Positions 9,401-18,300 of a stretch of DNA of 34,071 nucleotides are shown one piece after another. The position numbers and the translations under genes were made by a program. Below the pieces are notes generated by a model, which was not told the origin of the DNA, ran no database searches, and saw nothing but the letters and a program-made list of their open reading frames with translations. The stretch's first letter is position 1. Every line of letters begins with the position of its first letter. The stretch lies in contig JAHCKV010000002.1 of NCBI GenBank assembly GCA_026125595.1, positions 1 through 34,071 of the forward strand, given 5' to 3'. Origin of the DNA: Burkholderiales bacterium (GTDB taxonomy: Bacteria; Pseudomonadota; Gammaproteobacteria; Burkholderiales; Ga0077523).

Positions 9401-9535
9401 ATCGGTCCACGCGATGCCGCGGGCTTCGAGCTGCGCGCGCAGCAGCTCCCGTTGCGCCGGCGGCAATGCCGCGACGCGACCCGCCAGCACGCGCAGCCGG
9501 TCGTCCGCGGTGTTCACCGGATTGAAATCGCTCAT
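6401..9535 (-). CDS. NRPS module, N-terminal segment: C (accepts polyketide acyl) - A (predicted Asn). Same gene as 4759..6450, interrupted by an apparent +1 frameshift
   Basis: ATG 9535 lies 14 nt after the LLM stop and is in frame with ORF 6401..9682, whose first 49 aa are an overlap artefact. C ~8050-9350: LSAAQRHLWVVHQL, LHHLVADGWS (~8940-8965). A ~6455-7990: LSYRDLDAAANRVARHL, LYTSGSTGTPKG, SIGFDATITGLF, FVKLTPAHL, FVIGGEAL, LLNEYGPTETVVG, YRTGDLARY, LRGYRIEIGEVE, LTANGKVDRR. The specificity code, hand-aligned to GrsA numbering, is D A T K V G E V G K, the Asn code as I remember the Stachelhaus table. Sense leaves this frame at ~6454; the nominal stop is 6401. Confidence 0.88.
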   Translation of the reverse strand: MSDFNPVNTADDRLRVLAGRVAALPPAQRELLRAQLEARGIAWTDVAAMPPSAPGESTASTGELPLSAAQRHLWVVHQLQPDTSAYHIALTWTLTGPLEVPALQQALQQVVERHDALRTVFLARDGKPYQRVLPHVACLLGVSDLRAPALAGIEAERIRQNALQPFDLTQAPLVRAQLLRTAEERHVLVLVLHHLVADGWSRGVLLRELAAGYRAAREDRATTAIPLTYQYSDYVRDQQAWLESAECRRQTAYWKTQLAALTPLDLPSDRPRGRAMEQPARTATRTLPSTLRPLLRAAGVQCGATPFMLLLTAFDVLLHRYTGRSDIAVGIPVAGRTGPQTADLIGFFVNTLVIRARADAAATFTDWLDIVKRAVADAFDHGDLPLANVVDAVVTTRDPGRNPLFDVMFQYQSDGYRMQNAAAPGLAFPGLHMSQDGIELAHTKFDMSWHVLDREDGLLLAVEYRTDLFDDARIERMLDHFTVLVEAALREPARHVGALPLLTEAERTRIAAWQRGPAPVGSGTPAARWAGLVERFERQVDRTPDARAAASPDGALSYRDLDAAANRVARHLIDRGVGAESRVGVCLPRTPQLLAMLLGVLKAGAAYVPLDPALPERRLRFMIDDAQLAVLIAGETEVARLYPVDAGTDGGPALLVPDRDRPVLDACADTRIARSVWPEQLAYVLYTSGSTGTPKGTQLTHGGLMHYLDWCLARYPVAAGQGAPVHSSIGFDATITGLFAPLLAGRAVMLLPDDASLVGLASALRADHGFVKLTPAHLAALPPLLEAQPLPADARLPRAFVIGGEALNESHVSFWRDRYPAIALLNEYGPTETVVGCCVHEVEPGDRGSIPIGRPIAGAALYLLDGHLQPVPVGVTGEICIGGAGVARGYLHRPDLTAERFVPDPFGARGCVMYRTGDLARYRSDGVVEYLGRADQQVQLRGYRIEIGEVEAALSRQPEIAETVVVLHVVGAAPALVAYLRVVDGTTVDVPALRQRLAQWLPPYMVPGHFVVLDAFALTANGKVDRRGVARAGAAGPATPGCGG

Positions 9536-9549
9536 CGCCGGGGGCCCGA

Positions 9550-10635
9550 TCAACCCGCGGTCACATCCGTCGTCGGGCCGACGGCGGCAGCCGTGCGATC
9601 GGCCAATGTCTTCAACGCGTTCAGATAGGGCAGTGAACCCATCACGGCGTCGTGGTCCTGCAGGAAATCGATCAGCGCGCACACTTCATCGACCCCCGCC
9701 GCCTGCAGCGACTGCACGAACGGCAGGCAGCTCTGTGGCGTTCCGATCAGCGATCGACCCTGCATGAAACCTTCGACGCCGAACTCGAGCAGGCTGTCCA
9801 GATCGTCGTTGGAAAAATCGTCGAGCCGGATCTCCAGACCCATGCCCTTCGCGAGGTTCTCGAGCAATCCGTAGTGGGTCTTCAGATAGGCGCAGAACGG
9901 CTGACGAACATCGTCCTTCACGCGCGCGAGCTCCGGCCCGAGGAACGTGTGGATCATCATCGAGACGGTGCGCGTCGCCGGATCGTGACCATGCTGGCGC
10001 AGTGCCTCGCGGTAACGCGCGATCTTCACCGCGACCTGATCCAGCGTTTCGCCCAGCAGCGACGTCAGCACGTGGGCGCCGCGACGACCGGCTTCGAGGA
10101 ACGTCTCGATCGACGTGCAGGTCACCCATACCGGCAGCTCCGGCTGGATCGGCCGCGGCAGCGTGCGGCATTCGACGACACGACCGGTGGCATCTTCGAA
10201 TTCCACGGCCTCGCCGCGCCACAACCGCTGGATCGCGTCGACGTTGCGCCACATCACCCCCTTGCGGGCGCCGTGCGGCTCGCGTGACAGGATGAATTCG
10301 TCCATGGTCCAGCCGGATGCGACGGCGATCGCGGCGCGGCCGTTCGACAGGTTGTCGACGACGGACCAGTCCTCGGCGATGCGCACCGGGTGCTGCAGCG
10401 GCAGCACGGCGCTGCCGGCCCGCAGTTGCACGTGCCGCGTCACCATCGCCAGCGCGGCGCTGGTCAGCGCCGGGTTCGGATACAGCCCGCCGAAGGCGTG
10501 GAAATGCCGCTCCGGCGTCCAGACCGCCGTGAAACCGTTGTCATCGGCGAAGCGCGCGCTGTCGATCAGCAACCGGTAGTGGCCCGGACCGGCGGTGGAA
10601 CCGTCGCCGTCGAAATAGAACAGACTGAATTGCAT
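9550..10635 (-). CDS. Free-standing flavin-dependent luciferase-like monooxygenase (LLM), natural-product-associated subtype
   Basis: ATG 10635 to TGA 9552-9550, 361 aa, with clean non-repetitive composition. It starts MQFSLFYFDG...YRLLIDSARFADDNGFTAVWTPERHF and ends ...AAGVDEVCALIDFLQDH. As far as I recall, this start and the DEvaCLIDF-like C-terminal signature mark the LLM subfamily usually found fused into or next to PKS/NRPS megasynthases. Confidence 0.82.
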   Translation of the reverse strand: MQFSLFYFDGDGSTAGPGHYRLLIDSARFADDNGFTAVWTPERHFHAFGGLYPNPALTSAALAMVTRHVQLRAGSAVLPLQHPVRIAEDWSVVDNLSNGRAAIAVASGWTMDEFILSREPHGARKGVMWRNVDAIQRLWRGEAVEFEDATGRVVECRTLPRPIQPELPVWVTCTSIETFLEAGRRGAHVLTSLLGETLDQVAVKIARYREALRQHGHDPATRTVSMMIHTFLGPELARVKDDVRQPFCAYLKTHYGLLENLAKGMGLEIRLDDFSNDDLDSLLEFGVEGFMQGRSLIGTPQSCLPFVQSLQAAGVDEVCALIDFLQDHDAVMGSLPYLNALKTLADRTAAAVGPTTDVTAG

Positions 10636-10768
10636 GCCGAGTCCCGTGGGAAAGGTGGTGTCCGGTGGCTATCGCGCGCGATCCACTTCGGCTGGCGCCC
10701 CGGCCTCGATGGCGTCGAGCAGTTCTTCGAGCACGGCGGCCGGTGCAGGCACCGCCGTTGCCGATCGA

Positions 10769-13700
10769 TCACGCGCGCGATGCCGCCGACCGTGCGTGCC
10801 GTCGAACGGCTTGCCGCGCCCGCATCGGCAGTTCGACACCGAATTCCTTGCGCAGCCGCGTGACCGCCTGGATCGCCAGCAACGAATGGCCGCCCAGTTC
10901 GAAGAAATCGTCGTCGGCGCCGACCTGCGCAATGCCGAGCAGATCGCCCATGGCCCTGGCGACCATGCGTTCGGTCGGCGTGCGCGGTTCGATGTACGCG
11001 GTCGTCAAATCCGGCCGGCCATGCCCGGCGGTGGCAGGCGCGGCAACGCTCTGCTGCCGCGCCCGGCGCACCTCCGGATCGAAGGCTTCGGCCAGCCGCG
11101 CCGGCAGACTGCGCGGCGACACGATGACCTGGCTGAACCGTGGCTGCGCGAGGATGCGCAACGTGGCCTGCCAGACCTCGACCGGCGTCAGCGCCGCCGC
11201 GAGCAACGCCGATGGGGCACCGGCGTCGCCCGGCAGGTCGTCCTGATGGCAGGCATCCCAGTTGATGGCGATCCACGGCGTGTCGCCGCGCTGGCCGGCG
11301 GCCAGCGCATCCCGATACGCATTCGCAGCCCCATAGGCGGCGAACCCGACGCCGCCGACAATCGACGACAACGACGACTGCAGCACGACGAAATCCGGCG
11401 TCGAGGATCGCAGCGCTTCGGCCAGCACGTCGATGCCCTGCACCTTGCTGCGGAAGATCCGCGCCCGATCGTCCGCGGAGGTCTGCGCGATCATGCAGCT
11501 CGCATGGTCGCCCATCACGTCGTTGTGGAACACGCCGTCGATCGCCCCGAACCGGGCGACCGCGGCGGCCAGCGTGTCGTTCATCCAGCGCGGATCGGCC
11601 AGGGGCCCGCTGAAGAACAGCAGTTCGGCGCCATCGTTGCGCAGTTGCTGCAAGCGGCGGATCAGCGCGCTGACCGGATGCCGCGGACCGTGGGTCGCGA
11701 GCCAGTGTTCCCATGCGTCGGCCGACGGCAACCCCGCGCGACCGACGAGCACGAGCCGCGCGCGGCAATCGCGATGCAGGGCCTGCGCGTAGATCATGCC
11801 GAGGCCTTCCACCAGATCGCCCGCGATCAGATAGACGCCGCGTTCGCGCAACAGCGCCGGTGGGCGATCCACCGGCGGCAACGGCAACGGCCGATGATCG
11901 CGCACCCAGCGCATGCCGTCGCGCAGCGCGACGAGCCGCGCGGCTGGATCCCACGGGGTCGCGCATTCGCGCACGAGATCGTCGATGACGCGATCCGCGA
12001 ACCGCGCAGCGCCCGATTCGACATCGATGTGCCGGCAGCGCAGCAGCGTCGATTCCTGGTCCGCCGCCTGGCACAGGCCCAGCACCGTTGCCGCGGCCGG
12101 ATCGACGGCATCGTGGCCCGACACGCGGTACGCGCCGGCGGTCACGAAGCTCAACGTGATCGGCCCGGCGAGGTCCGACGCCATCGCCGCCTGCGCCACG
12201 TGCAGCGCCACGTCGAACGCGTCGCCCGGTTGCGCCGACGGTCCCGCCGTCCACAGCACCAGCGCCTGGGTCGGTCGCCGTCCGGTCGCCAGCACCGCTT
12301 CGAACAACCGGTGATAGTCGTCCGGCATCGCCGGATCGAGCGCGTAGTCGCCGGTGCCCGCGTCGAACGCCGCGCCGCGACGGACCGGGATCAGGTCGAT
12401 CCCCGGCAGGCGCCGTTGCAGCTGCGCGTGCAGCTCGGCGTCGGCAAAGATCAGCCAGCACGCGTCGTTTGCGGACCCCATCGGCGCGATCAGCGGTGCG
12501 CCGCGCCACGTCGGCAGATGGAACCAGTCCGACGGGTCCTTCGCGTTGCCCGTGTCGTCGTCAGTCGTCACCACCGACTGCGGTGACGCACCGGTCTGTC
12601 GCGGGATCCAGTATTGCTGACGCTCGAACGGATAGGTCGGCAGCGGGACACGCCGACGGCTGCGTCCCTGTTGGTAGGCGACCCAATCGATGGTGGCACC
12701 GGCTTGCCACAACCGCGCCAACGCGACGGCGACGCCCTGCCCGCCGACCGGATCGGGCAGCGACGCGATCGCCGGTGCCGCCATACCGTCACGGGGCCGC
12801 GCGAGACCGGACAACACGGTACCCGGGCCGACTTCCAGACAAATCGGATCGTCACGACCGCGCACGGTCGCAAGACCGTCGCCGAAGCGCACGGCATGTC
12901 GCAGATGCCGGACCCAGTAGTCCGGATCGACGGCCTCGGCCGCGGTCAGCCATCCGCCGGTCACGTTCGACACGACATCGCGTTGCGGCGGCTGCAGCGA
13001 CACGGCTCGCACCGCCGCCGCGAACGCGTCCAGCGCGGGCGCCATCATCGCGGAGTGGAACGCGTGCGACGTATCGAGCGCATGACACACGACGCCGCGG
13101 CCTTCGAGCGCCTCGCGGAAGGCGACCACCGCCTGCTGCGGCCCCGACACGACGCATTGGGTCGGACCGTTGATCGCCGCGACCTCCAGATCCGTCGGCA
13201 GCAGCGCGCGCAGATCGGACTCGGCCAGCATCACGGCCATCATGCGACCCGGCGCGCAGCGCTGCATCAGCTCGCCGCGCACGGTCACCAGATGCAGTGC
13301 ATCTTCCAGCGAAACGACACCGGCCACGCACGCGGCGACATACTCGCCGATGCTGTGTCCCAGCAGCGCCTGCGGATGCACGCCCCACGACAGCCACAGC
13401 TGTGCCAGCGCGTACTCGATCGCGAACAGCACCGGCTGCGCCTGGTCGGTCTGCCGCAGACTTTCCTGCACCGCATCGTTCACGAGGACCGGATACAGCA
13501 ACTCCAGCAGCGGCACCCGCGCACCCAGCAATGCAGCGCAACGGTCCAGCGCCGCGCGGAACACCGGCTCGGCATCGTAGAGCGCGCGCGCCATGCCGAC
13601 CTGCTGGCTGCCTTGCCCCGGAACCAGGAACGCGACCGGTCGCGGGCCGGGCTCCACGGCGCCGGTGAAGCGGCGCGGACCGTCGCCGGCATCGAGCAAC

Positions 13701-15298
13701 GCGATCGCGTCATCGACGCTGCGGCACACCAGCACGCGCCGATGGGGGAACGCCCGGCGCCCCACCTGCAGCGTATGGGCGACATCGGCCAGGTTCGCAT
13801 CGGGATGCGCTCGCAGGTGCGCCCGCAATCGCTGCGTCATCGCTTCCAGTGCCGACGGCGTGCGGGCCGACAACGGCAGCAGATGCCAGCCGCGCTCGGG
13901 CATCGGCTCGGCGATCGCCGGCAACGGCGCCTCTTCCAGAATGGCATGGGCATTGGTGCCGCCCATGCCGAAAGAACTCACGCCCGCGCGCCGCGGTGTC
14001 GATCGACGCGGCCACGGCGTCAACGCGGTGTTGACAAACAGCGGGCCGCCGGAGAAATCGATGTCCGGATTCGGCCGGCGAAAGTTCAGGCTCGGCGGCA
14101 GCGCCTCGTGCCGCAGCGCCAGTGCGGCCTTGATGAATCCGGCCACACCGGCCGCCGCATCGAGATGGCCCACATGGGTCTTCACCGAACCGATCGCGCA
14201 TCGGCCGTCGGTTCGTTCGAACGCCGGCTTCAGCACCTTGTGCAGCGCGGCCAGCTCGATCGGATCGCCGAGATCAGTGCCGGTGCCGTGGGCCTCGATG
14301 TAGCCCAGCGTCGCCGGATTCACGTCCGCTGCCTGCAACGCCGCACGGATGACCGCGGCCTGGCCGCCGACGCTCGGTGCGATCAGCCCCACCTTGTCGG
14401 CGCCGTCGTTGTTGACGGCACTGCCGCGGATCACCGCGTAGATGTGATCACCGTCCGCCACCGCGGCCGGCAGCCGTTTCAGCACGACGACCCCGACGCC
14501 GTTGCCGAACACCGTGCCCTGTCCTTGCGCGTCGAACGCCCGGCACACACCGTCGGGCGACGCGATGCCGCCGGGTCGATGCAGGTAGCCCCGCGGCGCG
14601 ACCTCGCCGACGGTGACGCCACCGGCCAGTGCCATGTCGCATTCACCATCGATCAGACTGCGGCACGCACTGTGGATCGCCACCAGCGAAGTCGAGCAGC
14701 CGGTCTGGATGCCGACGCTGGGACCACGCAGGTCCAGGTGATACGACACCCGCGTCGGCATCAGGCCCAGTACGTTGCCGACCACCGCCTGCACGTCGTC
14801 GACGCTGTCGCGCACGGCAGCATCGGCATGCAGATTGATCACGTAGCCGTTCAGCGCCGCGCCGGCGAACACGCCGATGGCGCCGTCGTGGCGGCTGCTG
14901 TCGTAGCCCGCATCTTCGAGGGCCGACCACGCGCATTCGAGAAACACCCGCTGCTGCGGATCGAGAATCTCGGCTTCCCGCGGCGCATAGCCGAAGAACG
15001 TCGCGTCGAAGGCGCCGGGGGCCGTGAAGCTGGCCCACGCACGCACGTAGTCCGCACGCTCGAACCGTTCACGCGGTTCGCCTGCCGCGAGCAACTCGTC
15101 GTCGGACAGAAACCGGATGCCGGCCTCGTCCCGTTGCAGCAACTGCCAGAACGCCGCGAGATCGTCGGCGCCGGGAAAACGCCCGGCCATGCCGATGACG
15201 GCGACGCGACCGTCGCGGGATTCTTCGACCGCCTCGAGTTTGCGCCGCGCGTCGCGCAGTGCCTGGAGGATGCGTTCGTTGGATGCGATGTCGTTCAT
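10769..15298 (-). CDS. Type I PKS module 3: KS - AT (malonyl-type) - KR-like region - PCP-like carrier (T). The carrier domain is cut short by frame errors, and the repaired end is TAG 10671-10669
   Basis: ATG 15298 lies 28 nt after the upstream TGA and is in frame with ORF 10769..15439, whose first 47 aa are nonsense. NERILQALRDARRKLEAVEES forms a helix. KS ~13960-15210: VAVIGMAGRFPGADD, IQTGCSTSLVAIH (Cys codon 14696-14698), EAHGTGTDLGDPIE, GSVKTHVGHLDAAAG. AT ~12790-13640: FLVPGQGSQQ, GHSIGEYVAA, TSHAFHS. Linker TYPFERQQYW. KR-like ~11230-12540: FRSKVQG, LQSSLSS, AAYGAANAY. T ~10800-10960: FFELGGHSLLAIQ, Ser codon 10883-10885. The nominal TGA is at 10771-10769. Confidence 0.88.
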   Translation of the reverse strand: MNDIASNERILQALRDARRKLEAVEESRDGRVAVIGMAGRFPGADDLAAFWQLLQRDEAGIRFLSDDELLAAGEPRERFERADYVRAWASFTAPGAFDATFFGYAPREAEILDPQQRVFLECAWSALEDAGYDSSRHDGAIGVFAGAALNGYVINLHADAAVRDSVDDVQAVVGNVLGLMPTRVSYHLDLRGPSVGIQTGCSTSLVAIHSACRSLIDGECDMALAGGVTVGEVAPRGYLHRPGGIASPDGVCRAFDAQGQGTVFGNGVGVVVLKRLPAAVADGDHIYAVIRGSAVNNDGADKVGLIAPSVGGQAAVIRAALQAADVNPATLGYIEAHGTGTDLGDPIELAALHKVLKPAFERTDGRCAIGSVKTHVGHLDAAAGVAGFIKAALALRHEALPPSLNFRRPNPDIDFSGGPLFVNTALTPWPRRSTPRRAGVSSFGMGGTNAHAILEEAPLPAIAEPMPERGWHLLPLSARTPSALEAMTQRLRAHLRAHPDANLADVAHTLQVGRRAFPHRRVLVCRSVDDAIALLDAGDGPRRFTGAVEPGPRPVAFLVPGQGSQQVGMARALYDAEPVFRAALDRCAALLGARVPLLELLYPVLVNDAVQESLRQTDQAQPVLFAIEYALAQLWLSWGVHPQALLGHSIGEYVAACVAGVVSLEDALHLVTVRGELMQRCAPGRMMAVMLAESDLRALLPTDLEVAAINGPTQCVVSGPQQAVVAFREALEGRGVVCHALDTSHAFHSAMMAPALDAFAAAVRAVSLQPPQRDVVSNVTGGWLTAAEAVDPDYWVRHLRHAVRFGDGLATVRGRDDPICLEVGPGTVLSGLARPRDGMAAPAIASLPDPVGGQGVAVALARLWQAGATIDWVAYQQGRSRRRVPLPTYPFERQQYWIPRQTGASPQSVVTTDDDTGNAKDPSDWFHLPTWRGAPLIAPMGSANDACWLIFADAELHAQLQRRLPGIDLIPVRRGAAFDAGTGDYALDPAMPDDYHRLFEAVLATGRRPTQALVLWTAGPSAQPGDAFDVALHVAQAAMASDLAGPITLSFVTAGAYRVSGHDAVDPAAATVLGLCQAADQESTLLRCRHIDVESGAARFADRVIDDLVRECATPWDPAARLVALRDGMRWVRDHRPLPLPPVDRPPALLRERGVYLIAGDLVEGLGMIYAQALHRDCRARLVLVGRAGLPSADAWEHWLATHGPRHPVSALIRRLQQLRNDGAELLFFSGPLADPRWMNDTLAAAVARFGAIDGVFHNDVMGDHASCMIAQTSADDRARIFRSKVQGIDVLAEALRSSTPDFVVLQSSLSSIVGGVGFAAYGAANAYRDALAAGQRGDTPWIAINWDACHQDDLPGDAGAPSALLAAALTPVEVWQATLRILAQPRFSQVIVSPRSLPARLAEAFDPEVRRARQQSVAAPATAGHGRPDLTTAYIEPRTPTERMVARAMGDLLGIAQVGADDDFFELGGHSLLAIQAVTRLRKEFGVELPMRARQAVRRHARSAASRA

Positions 15299-15326
15299 GT
15301 CGGTTGCCAAAGTTCGCGAGCGCCGG

Positions 15327-18300
15327 TCATCGGCGTTGCAACAGATCGTCGAGCGCGGCCAGTTCCGCGGCGATGGCCGGGTCCAGCGCGCGGTCCGTCG
15401 CCGGTTCGATCGCCGCTGCGGCGGGCGGCTGCGCAGCAATCGGGGGCTCGACCGACGCAGGCGATGCCTCCGGCAGCATCGTGGCCAGCAGATGGCCCGC
15501 CAGCGCGGTGATGGTCGGAAATTCGAAGATGACGGCCGAGGTCAGCGTGACGCCGCATTGCCGCGTCAGCCGGTTGCGCAATTCCACTGTCATCAGCGAG
15601 TCCATGCCCATGTCGAAGAACCCGAGATCGGGTTCCGGCCGTCGACCGGCGGGCAGTCCGAGCACGACGGCGACTTCGCCCTGCAACCGGCGCACCACGG
15701 CCGCGTGCCGCTGACGGGCCGGCAGCGCCATCAGTTCCTGCAACAGCGGTGGCGCGTCGATGTTGTCGACGGCGGTCTCGCCCGGCGACACCGCCGCCCC
15801 GGCGAAGTCCGCGAACAGCGGATCGTCGCCGGCGCCCGTCGCCGCGAATTCGGGCCAGCGGATCGGAATCACGCCGACCTGCGCGCGCGGCGCCCGTTCC
15901 AGCAGATCGGCCAGCACACGGATCCCGTGATCCGGCGGGATCGCCCCGATGCCGCGGGCCTGCATCGATGCATGCAGCGCCGGACCGGCGGCTGCGCCGA
16001 TCTCGGACCACGGTCCCCAGTTGATCGACAATGCTGGCAGGCCGTCGGCACGACGACGGTGGGCCAGCGCGTCGAGCCAGCTGTTGGCCGCGACGTGACT
16101 GCCCTGGCCGGGGGAACCCAGCAGCGACGCGGCCGACGAATACAGCACGAATCCATCGAGCGGAAGGTCCCGCGTCAATCGATGCAGATGCCGCGCACCG
16201 TCCACCTTGGGCGCCAGCACCGCCGCCAGACGCGTGGCATCGAGTTGCTGCAGCACGCCGTCGTCCAGTACGCCGGCGGCATGGAACACACCCTTCAATG
16301 GCGGCAGGTCGGCAAGACTGGCGAACACGGCCGCCATGCGGTCGCCGTCCGCCACATCGGCCTGCAGCACGCGGACCATGGCGCCGGTGGCCCGCAGTTC
16401 GGCCAACGCGGCCGCAGCCGTGGATTCTGCGCGACGGGCCACGAGCACCACGGATCGTGCACCCTGCGCGACCAGCCACTCGGCAGTGCGCAGCCCCAGT
16501 CCGCCGAGACCACCGGTGATCAGGTAGGTCGCGTCGGATCGCACGGTGGCCGAGCGGGGTTCCAGATCGAGCACGATCTTGCCGATGTGCGTGGCGCGCT
16601 GCATGCAGCGGAAGGCCGCTGCCGCGGCGGCGATCGGGAACACCCGGCGCGGCAACGGCCGCAATGCCGCCGTGTCGAACCCGGCGCACACCGTCTGCAG
16701 CAGGGCCTGGATCCGCGGCGGATCGATGCGCGCCAGCTCGAGCAGATCAATGCGGTGGTAGTGCACATCGGGCCGCAGCGCCCGGACCTGCTCCGCGGTC
16801 CAGATGCCGCGCTTGCCGATCTCGACGAAGCGTCCGCCGGGTTTGAGACACGCGAGACTGCGCGGGATGAACGGACCGCTCAGCGAATTGAGCACCACGT
16901 CGACGCCGCCGGCCGCGATGACCGTATCGGCGAAGTCGAGCGTGCGCGAATGCATCGCGCGGGCCACGCCGCGCGCCTGCAGCGCCGGCCACTTGGCGGG
17001 ACTCGCCGTGCCGAACACCTCGGCGCCGAGCTGCCGCGCGACCGCGACCGCCGCCAGTCCGGTCCCGCCGGCCGCGGCGTGGATCAGCACCCGTTCGCCG
17101 GCTTCCAATCCCGCGATCTCCGCCAGCGCGTGCCGTGCGGTCAGGAAGCTCGCCGGAATGGTCGCGGCATCCAGCGGATCCAGCATCGCCGGTCGCGGTG
17201 CCACCCAATGGGCATCGACGGTGACATAGCGCCGGAAACTGCCGGGCGCCAGTGCGATGACGGCATCGCCGACCGCGAGTCCGGTCACACCGGTTCCGAC
17301 CGCGACGATCTCGCCGGCGCACTCGACGCCGAGCCAGTCCCGTTCGAACGGCAGCAGATCCAGCACATCGAGGACATCGATCAGATTGAGTCCGGCCGCG
17401 CGCACGCGGATCTCGACTTCGCCGGCACCGGGCCGGCGTCGCTCGACCGATTGCAGCCGCAGATCGTCCGGCGTGCCGCGCGTCGCGATGCCGAGCGCGA
17501 ACCCGTCGTCCCCGTTGGACCCGGCCCGCGGCAGCACGACGCGGTCCAGTCGCGGCACCCAACGCTGACCGTGGCGCCACGCGACGGTCCGTTCCGCATC
17601 GACGGCATCCAGTTCGCGCGCGATCGCATCGACCTGTCCGTCGATGGTATCGGTGGAATCCACATCGATCCGACGGCACTGCAACTGCGGATGCTCGAGC
17701 GCCACGACGCGCGCCAGCCCCCACACTGCCGCCGCATCGGGCCGCGGCACGGTACCGGCCGCCGGTGTCCCGCCGGTGGTCACGACGCAGAGACGCCACG
17801 CCCGATGGGGAATGGCCGCCAGCGTCTGCACGACGTGCAGCAGTTCAGCCGGATCGCAACCGGGATCCGCGTCGATGCCGTCGGAACCCGTCACGGCGGA
17901 TGCCACGTACAGGATCTGCAGCGATTCCGCGCCATGGGTCGCCGCCGGGTCCGCCAGCCACCGCTGCAGCGTCGACGGCGGACGCACGCTGGTGCCCGCG
18001 CGGGCCGCCAGCGCCGCGGCCAACGGCGAATCGGCGGCACCCAGCACCCACGGGCAGTCGGATCGCGCCGGAGCGGCAGCGACGATCACGCTCTGCGGCA
18101 ACGTCACCGGGCCTTCGGTCGAAGCGTGCAGCGCCTGGGCCGCCACGAAACCGCTGTCGCGCAGCAGGTCTTGCCATTGTCGCGACGACAGCAACGGATG
18201 GTCGGGACGCAGCGCGCGATCGGCGAATCTCCACCAGCCGTCGGTCAGGCCGAAGATCAGATCGAGCCAGCCCAGCGGCTGTGTCACCTCCAACAGCAGC

